Positions 58,264-64,000 of a DNA stretch of 64,000 nucleotides are shown in pieces. The notes beneath the pieces were generated by a model. That model searched no databases, had not been told where the DNA came from, and saw nothing but the letters and a program-made list of their open reading frames with translations. Origin of the DNA: an uncultured Planctomycetales bacterium (lineage in GTDB: Bacteria; Omnitrophota; Gorgyraeia; Gygaellales; Profunditerraquicolaceae). Position 1 is the first letter of the stretch. Each line of letters starts with the position of its first letter. Position numbers and translations under genes: made by a program. The stretch spans positions 31,428 to 95,427 of the forward strand of contig CAYRUB010000008.1 of the NCBI GenBank assembly GCA_964427405.1, in the 5' to 3' direction.

Positions 58264-58989
58264 TTAATCTTTCCGGGTCTTTATATCTTTTGCCAGGATA
58301 ATCGCCTCTGCCACTTCGCGCATAGATTTACGCATATTCATACTCTGCTTCTGAATTAAGCGATATGCCTCAGAAGGCGCAATATTTGCATCCTGAGAAA
58401 GAATGTCTTTTGCCCGCTCAACCAGTTTACGCGTTGTTAATGCTTCTTCGGCAGAACGCGCGCGCAGATCCAACTCCGCGTTTTCAATGGCAATCGCTGC
58501 CTGATTAGCAAGAGCCGCCAAAAGATCTAATTCGCTTTTGGAAAATTTATGCTTTTTAGAGGTATAACAGTTAAGTACCCCGATAACCCTTCCCTTTACT
58601 GCCAGCGGCACACAAGCCAAAGAAAACAACCCTTCTTTTTTAGCCACATCCTGGTTTAGATACCTCGCATCTTCCTTGACATCCAAAACACAAATTGGCT
58701 TGTTATCTTTAGCAACTACACCGGCTATACCTTCACCAAAAAGGATATTCGGTTTTTTATTGTAAGCCTCGGATATTGATTGAGTAGCTTTGACCACCAG
58801 CTCTTTCTTATCAGGGTCAAGCAGCATCAAAGAAGAAATCTTGGAATTCATCACCTCAGCGGTAACCTGAACCAACAGGCGCAGCAACTCCTCTAAGTAC
58901 ATCCCGGAGGTAATCAGATTAGCAACTTTAGAAATTGCCTCAATCTGTTTTACATAAATTTGGAAATTATCTTTTTTCTTAGCAGCCAC
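58264..58989 (-). CDS. GAF + ANTAR domain RNA-binding antiterminator
   Basis: GEGIAG..VPL..IGVLN (GAF); RKLVERAKDIL..EAYRLIQKQSMNMRKSMREVAEAII (ANTAR). Confidence 0.9.
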   Translation of the reverse strand: MAAKKKDNFQIYVKQIEAISKVANLITSGMYLEELLRLLVQVTAEVMNSKISSLMLLDPDKKELVVKATQSISEAYNKKPNILFGEGIAGVVAKDNKPICVLDVKEDARYLNQDVAKKEGLFSLACVPLAVKGRVIGVLNCYTSKKHKFSKSELDLLAALANQAAIAIENAELDLRARSAEEALTTRKLVERAKDILSQDANIAPSEAYRLIQKQSMNMRKSMREVAEAIILAKDIKTRKD

Positions 58990-60140
58990 TATCTTCTCTT
59001 TTCCAAAAACCTTTTAATCCTACTTAAGGCTTCTTTTAAGTTGTCCAAACTAGAAGCGTAAGAAATCCTGATATACCCCTCACAGCAAGAGCCAAAAGCT
59101 GTACCCGGCACAACCGCCACTTTTTCCTCATCCAATAATTTGCGCGAAAAATCCATAGAAGACAAACCTGTATTTTTTATCGAAGGGAAAATATAAAAAG
59201 CTCCCTGCGGACGCGAACACTTTAACCCCAAAGAATTTAACTCCGTAGTCATAAGCTGGCGCCTACGGTTGTATTCACGCTTCATCTGCTCAACTGAACG
59301 CTTGCCGCTGACTAATGCTTCCGCAGCAGCCATCTGGCTGGTAATTGGCACGCACATAATCGTATACTGGTGGATTTTAGTCATGGCCGCGATAATTTCT
59401 TTCGGACCACAGACATAACCCACGCGCCAGCCGGTCATAGCAAAAGATTTAGAAAAACCGTTGAAATAAACCGTATTTTTCTTGGCACCCGGCAATGAGG
59501 GAAAAGAGGTGTGCCCAAAATCATAAGTCAGGTCGCCGTAAACTTCATCGCTAATACAAAGTATTTTATGTTTTAATAAAACCTTATTTATTTCCTCAAG
59601 TTCCTTGCGACGGTAAGAAACACCTGTGGGATTAGTCGGATAGTTAAGCACAATCGCTTTGACTTTCTTATCTATATGCTTTTTTATAAGTTCAGGCGTA
59701 ACTTTAAAACCGTCTTTTGAAGTATCGATATAAACCGGCACTCCTCCTGCCAACTCGGTAACCGGACCATATGAAACATAACTCGGCACTGGAACCAATA
59801 CCTTATCCCCGGGATTAATAAGCGCCCTTAATACTAAATCAATTCCCTCGCTTACCCCCACGGTAATTAATATCTCTTCATCGGGACAATAATCCAAACC
59901 AAATTTATTTTTTAGATAACGATGCAGTCCTAAGCGCAATTTATAAAGCCCTTTATTAGAAGTATAACTGGTAAATCCCTGCTCCAGGGAATAAATCCCC
60001 GCCTCACGGATCTGCCAAGGGGTAACAAAATCCGGCTCACCTACCCCTAAAGATATAACATCCTTCATCCCCAGCACTAAATCAAAGAATGCCCGGATTC
60101 CGGATGGCTGCATTTTTTCTACTACTCTTGATATTTCCAT
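58989..60140 (-). CDS. class I/II PLP aminotransferase (YugH/AlaT-like)
   Basis: LGVGEPDF, NYPTNPTG, SDEVY, GFSKSFAMTGWRVG. Confidence 0.9.
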   Translation of the reverse strand: MEISRVVEKMQPSGIRAFFDLVLGMKDVISLGVGEPDFVTPWQIREAGIYSLEQGFTSYTSNKGLYKLRLGLHRYLKNKFGLDYCPDEEILITVGVSEGIDLVLRALINPGDKVLVPVPSYVSYGPVTELAGGVPVYIDTSKDGFKVTPELIKKHIDKKVKAIVLNYPTNPTGVSYRRKELEEINKVLLKHKILCISDEVYGDLTYDFGHTSFPSLPGAKKNTVYFNGFSKSFAMTGWRVGYVCGPKEIIAAMTKIHQYTIMCVPITSQMAAAEALVSGKRSVEQMKREYNRRRQLMTTELNSLGLKCSRPQGAFYIFPSIKNTGLSSMDFSRKLLDEEKVAVVPGTAFGSCCEGYIRISYASSLDNLKEALSRIKRFLEKRR

Positions 60141-60146
60141 TTTAAT

Positions 60147-60635
60147 TTAATATGATATTGCGATCCTTTTATTCTCGTCTGACTTGTGTTTTAAAATCAC
60201 CCCATCCTCTTTGTACTTCTTCAACAGGAAATGCGTCGCGGTACCGCGCACATGCTCCATACAGGAAAGCTTCTCGGCTACAAAGTTAGAAACCGTATGC
60301 AGGTTCCTGCCTTCCACAACAACCAATAAATCGTATGTCCCGCTGATTAAATAACAGCTGGTTACCTCAGGGAATGAATAAATGCGCTCGGCAATTTTAT
60401 CAAAACCTAAGTCTTTCTGGGGAACGATGTTTACCTCAATTAAAGCCCTGACCTCAGACTCATTATCCTTAATCAAATCCTTGTTGATTACTGCTTTATA
60501 TTTTAAGATCGCACCTTCTTTTTCATATTTCCTGATTAATTTTTTTACCTCATCCGGCTTCTTGCGGATCATTTTTGCGATATCTTCTACGCTTGCCCGG
60601 CCGTCTTTCTCTAAAATTTCCAATATCTCATCCAT
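60147..60635 (-). CDS. Lrp/AsnC family regulator (YugG-like)
   Basis: N-terminal HTH, GFDKIAERI, SGTYDL, TATHFLLKKYK. Confidence 0.88.
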   Translation of the reverse strand: MDEILEILEKDGRASVEDIAKMIRKKPDEVKKLIRKYEKEGAILKYKAVINKDLIKDNESEVRALIEVNIVPQKDLGFDKIAERIYSFPEVTSCYLISGTYDLLVVVEGRNLHTVSNFVAEKLSCMEHVRGTATHFLLKKYKEDGVILKHKSDENKRIAISY

Positions 60636-60645
60636 TTTTCCCCCC

Positions 60646-61365
60646 TTATTGAATGCGGCAAATTTCGGCGCCTTTTCTTTTATGCTCCGAACTCTTATAC
60701 ATTTTCTTTATTTTAATAACCTTGGCACTGGCAGATGCCTGCTTTTTTTTATTGCAAAATTTATCTAAAATATCATCCAGCTCATTATAAGTTATACCCA
60801 TCTCACCTTCATCAGTCTGACCCTGCCAAAGCCCGGCAGTGGGAGGTTTGATAATAATGCCCTGCGGTATTTTTAATTCCTGCGCCAGTTTACGCACCTG
60901 GCGTTTGAATAAATCCGCAATCGGCAGGATATCTACTCCGCCATCCCCATATTTGGTAAAGTAACCCACCAAGAGCTCGGATTTATTCCCTGTGCCGCAG
61001 ACCAGGTAATTCAGCTTATTGGCAAAATAATAAAGCGTACTCATACGCAGGCGGGGTTTCAGATTCCCTAAAGCTAAACCTCCGGCAGGCGGCAAAACTT
61101 TTAAGAAATTATTATACAAGCTGGAAAGATCTACAAGTTCTGACCTAAGTTTAAGCTTTGCAGCAACCAGTTTGGCATCCTTTAAATCCTGAGGGTTACT
61201 ATTACATGGCATAAAAAGCACGATCAGCTTATCTTTGCCTACTGCCTCTTTGCATAAAGCAGCGACCACGGCAGAATCTATCCCTCCGGAGAGCCCCAAA
61301 ACAATACCCTTGGCCCCGGAAAGCTTAACCTGCCCCTTAATCCAGGAAACAATCTTATTTTTCAT
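60646..61365 (-). CDS. nadE: NH3-dependent NAD+ synthetase
   Basis: GLSGGIDSA, NLKPRLRM, GTGNKSE, GYFTKYGDG, EHKR. Confidence 0.95.
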   Translation of the reverse strand: MKNKIVSWIKGQVKLSGAKGIVLGLSGGIDSAVVAALCKEAVGKDKLIVLFMPCNSNPQDLKDAKLVAAKLKLRSELVDLSSLYNNFLKVLPPAGGLALGNLKPRLRMSTLYYFANKLNYLVCGTGNKSELLVGYFTKYGDGGVDILPIADLFKRQVRKLAQELKIPQGIIIKPPTAGLWQGQTDEGEMGITYNELDDILDKFCNKKKQASASAKVIKIKKMYKSSEHKRKGAEICRIQ

Positions 61366-61467
61366 CTCTTTAAACTCTTAAAAAACACTTTTTGCCTAAT
61401 ACGGGGAATAATGAAGAGATTATATACCACTAAATAGCGAGGGTCAAGGATATTAAATATCCTTAAA

Positions 61468-62124
61468 TCAGAATGAAAGCTTTAATTTGGTTCCTAAAAC
61501 ATTAATCCCGGTCCACTGACCGGAATTTTTTGTATCCTGCAGCATATAATAAATCTCTGCCTTCAAATTCCTGGTGATACTCATACCCAGGCCGGCATAA
61601 AGCCTGTTTTGGTTTATCCTCTGGCCGTCATCAAAAAGGATAAATATTTCATCCGATAAATAGGGCTGTATTTCAAACCTGGTGAACTTCCAGGGTAGTT
61701 TTACGGTAATTTTATTACGATACCTCCAGGTATCATCTTTATAATCAAAATGATTATATTCCAGCCGGGATCGGTCATTAAATTGAAACCCCTTAATATC
61801 CCACGACAATATCGCAGCGATATAGGGTTCATTCTCTACCTGGAATTTACCCTCGGACTTATAAAGCACATGGCGGTATCCTGCCCCAACATCAAGATAT
61901 TTCTGCAGCCTATAGAAAAATCCCAAATCATAGTGCTGATAATAAAACTCCTTGGCGCTTCCTCCCCAGCGAAATTCTTCCTCAAGGACCACCCTGGTTT
62001 CTTTATTAACCCTGAATTCCTCTATCTCCGTGTTCCAAAACTGAAAATCGTCATCCTCGTAAGCATAAAGTTCAGCTGCCGATAACAAAATCAATACGGC
62101 AACAGCTATGCTTAACTTTTGCAT
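61468..62124 (-). CDS. DUF2490-like outer-membrane beta-barrel protein
   Basis: Signal peptide, RYRNK, PYLSDEIF, NQNRLYAG, C-terminal Phe. Confidence 0.7.
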   Translation of the reverse strand: MQKLSIAVAVLILLSAAELYAYEDDDFQFWNTEIEEFRVNKETRVVLEEEFRWGGSAKEFYYQHYDLGFFYRLQKYLDVGAGYRHVLYKSEGKFQVENEPYIAAILSWDIKGFQFNDRSRLEYNHFDYKDDTWRYRNKITVKLPWKFTRFEIQPYLSDEIFILFDDGQRINQNRLYAGLGMSITRNLKAEIYYMLQDTKNSGQWTGINVLGTKLKLSF

Positions 62125-62127
62125 TCC

Positions 62128-62796
62128 TTATTTAGACTTAATTGCCAAAACCTTGATAAAATCAGCGCAATCTTCTATTTTATCAGTTACGCCTTCCAGG
62201 TATTCCGCCAACTGATAAGTCAACAACAGGCTTACCGGCTCAAGCTTAGCGTGGATAATAGCCTCAATCATCGCCTTTTTCTGGTCATCTGCCTGATGCT
62301 CCAATTTGTCGATCTCAGCGCTAAGGATCATGGCATTCTTAAGTTCATTTTTAGACAATGCCGCTATCGCCTCTTTTAGCTTAGAAATAGAGCTAACAAT
62401 CAAATCTGTTCCCAAAGAAATGTTCTTTAATACGCTCTCGGGAATCTTGCCTTCAATAAAACCCAGAAGCCTGGCCGCACCATTAGTCCAATCCGCTATC
62501 TTATCCAGCGTCTTTACAAAATGCATCATATCTTCCCTGTCAGGAGGAAGAAGCATGCCCTCGGAAAGCTGATCAATCATTTTAGAGCGCAAGACATCAG
62601 CCTGATGCTCGCTCTGCCTGACGCTCTCAATAGCTTGCGTCTTAGCGTCAAGGTCACCATTAATAAAGGATTTTACCGCTTCGGCAAAGAAAGTAACCGT
62701 TTTATAAGTCTCCTCCACGTGCTTCTTGGCATCCTGCAATATTGATTGCTCTTCAGCCATACCCAACCAACCTAAAATATTACGTATCTCTCTCAT
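62128..62796 (-). CDS. DUF47/TIGR00153 Pit accessory phosphate-transport regulator
   Basis: EHQAD repeated, PPDRED, DKIAD, DKIED; adjacent to pit. Confidence 0.88.
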   Translation of the reverse strand: MREIRNILGWLGMAEEQSILQDAKKHVEETYKTVTFFAEAVKSFINGDLDAKTQAIESVRQSEHQADVLRSKMIDQLSEGMLLPPDREDMMHFVKTLDKIADWTNGAARLLGFIEGKIPESVLKNISLGTDLIVSSISKLKEAIAALSKNELKNAMILSAEIDKLEHQADDQKKAMIEAIIHAKLEPVSLLLTYQLAEYLEGVTDKIEDCADFIKVLAIKSK

Positions 62797-62809
62797 TCTT
62801 ACCCCCTTT

Positions 62810-62895
62810 GCCTACAAAGGCATACCCGCGTAATTTTCGCCACGTGGCGAACACTGGCCAATTCCTACAAAGGCCAGGTGGCTAGTTAACGTGGG
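62810..62895. repeat. family 3 palindromic element, branched and diverged
   Basis: GCCTACAAAGGC, CCCGCGT...ACGTGGG enclosing TTCGCCA/TGGCGAA and CACTGGCC/GGCCAGGTG. Confidence 0.55.
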
Positions 62896-62902
62896 ATCTT
62901 GG

Positions 62903-63880
62903 TTAAAATTTTACAAATATTCTGATTATCTGCAATACTATGTAACTTATCAATCCGGAAATAAAAGGAGTGGCCATCCAACAAAGAACCATATCCTTCA
63001 TTATCCGGAAATTAAGTACCCTGATCCCCCTGACTAACCCCACTCCGCAAATTGCGCCTACTATAGAATGGCTGGTAGAAACCGGAATACCAAAAACAGT
63101 ATAGAGATGCACATTAACCGCACTAGCTAGCTGTGCGGAAAGTGCCATGATCGGAAGCAGACGGGTAATTTCAGAACCAACAGTCTCAATAACCTTATAC
63201 CCCCAGGTCATTATTCCTATAACTATAGCGAAACCTCCAAAAATAACGCTCATCTTTGGAGTAAGCACGCCAACGCCAGAGATAACCCCGACTGAATTAG
63301 CCACGTCATTTGCCCCCCAGGTATATGCCACATAACAACCGCTGGCGATAACCAGGAAAAATACAATTGGTTTTATGAATTTACGGGGGAGAAAACGATA
63401 AAATAAATTTTGCAGAACCCTAAAGAATATGTAGCCTAAAACTGCCGCCCCTATCGGAGTAAAAATCCAGCAGATAAATATATCCAGCAGCATTTTCCAT
63501 TTAACCTGAGCGCCGACTGCCAGGCCCGCACCGGCAACTGCTCCCACAATAGAATGGCTTGTAGAAATAGGCATCTTCCAATAAGTAGCCAAGACCACCC
63601 ATGCGCAAGCAGCAAACGAAGCTACCAAAGCCACGTACATAGCAATCTGCTTATCCAATTGATCCAAAGGAACAATCCCCTTACCAATGGTTTTGGTTAC
63701 ATATTCACCCTGTAGATATGCTCCTAAGAAACCAAAGATTACAATCAGAATAATTGCCTGCCGTAAAGCTAAAACCTTTGAACCTACTGCCGTGCCTAAA
63801 GAATTGGCTGCGTCATTAGCGCCAATTGACCAACCAACTCCTAAACCCATAAGCAAAACTAAAACAACAAGCAATAACAT
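62903..63880 (-). CDS. pit: inorganic phosphate transporter, PiT family
   Basis: GANDAANS, PISTSHSIVG, GANDVANS, PVSTSHS. Confidence 0.93.
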   Translation of the reverse strand: MLLLVVLVLLMGLGVGWSIGANDAANSLGTAVGSKVLALRQAIILIVIFGFLGAYLQGEYVTKTIGKGIVPLDQLDKQIAMYVALVASFAACAWVVLATYWKMPISTSHSIVGAVAGAGLAVGAQVKWKMLLDIFICWIFTPIGAAVLGYIFFRVLQNLFYRFLPRKFIKPIVFFLVIASGCYVAYTWGANDVANSVGVISGVGVLTPKMSVIFGGFAIVIGIMTWGYKVIETVGSEITRLLPIMALSAQLASAVNVHLYTVFGIPVSTSHSIVGAICGVGLVRGIRVLNFRIMKDMVLCWMATPFISGLISYIVLQIIRIFVKF

Positions 63881-63887
63881 CTTCTAA

Positions 63888-64000
63888 TTACTCCTTTTTA
63901 TTGCCCTTACACACATTCACACAAATACCACAAACATAAGAATCCACCTGGCGCTGCTTCTGAAACTCTCTTAATTTTTCAAAACACTTGGCATGTTCAA
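63888..64000 (-). CDS. C-terminus of a Fe-S protein (QueG-like), partial
   Basis: Manual translation ...EHAKCFEKLREFQKQRQVDSYVCGICVNVCKGNKKE*. Confidence 0.55.
   Translation of the reverse strand, partial: EHAKCFEKLREFQKQRQVDSYVCGICVNVCKGNKKE

Overview
Mostly housekeeping and energy-metabolism chromosome from an anaerobic, LPS-containing bacterium. The gene content resembles Ca. Omnitrophota/PVC-group genomes, but that is inference. Nearly all genes are on the minus strand. Contents in order: regulatory PTS cluster, 3 tRNAs, rpsB-tsf-pyrH-frr, msbA/gnnA-like/lpxB, a divergent bL27, carA with only the N-terminal half of carB, an HD-GYP pair, nfnAB-gdhA, hydGEF maturases, two tandem multimeric [FeFe]-hydrogenases downstream of rex, a trehalose/ion-transport island, the F-ATPase operon, exbBD, GS-III with a GAF-ANTAR regulator, nadE and pit. 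The most notable unexplained structures are: (1) an island (41188-48310) gated by two copies of a Na+/Li+-riboswitch-like RNA, holding a membrane-sensor-fused OtsA and five tandem 31-47 aa membrane microprotein genes (all missed by the ORF track) ahead of an ArsB/NhaD-type permease; (2) at least four families of intergenic palindromic elements with compensatory base changes, nesting and TA ends, plus a 21-nt palindromic in-frame insert in hydG; (3) unannotated attenuator-like leaders before hydGEF, nfnAB-gdhA, carA and the atp operon.
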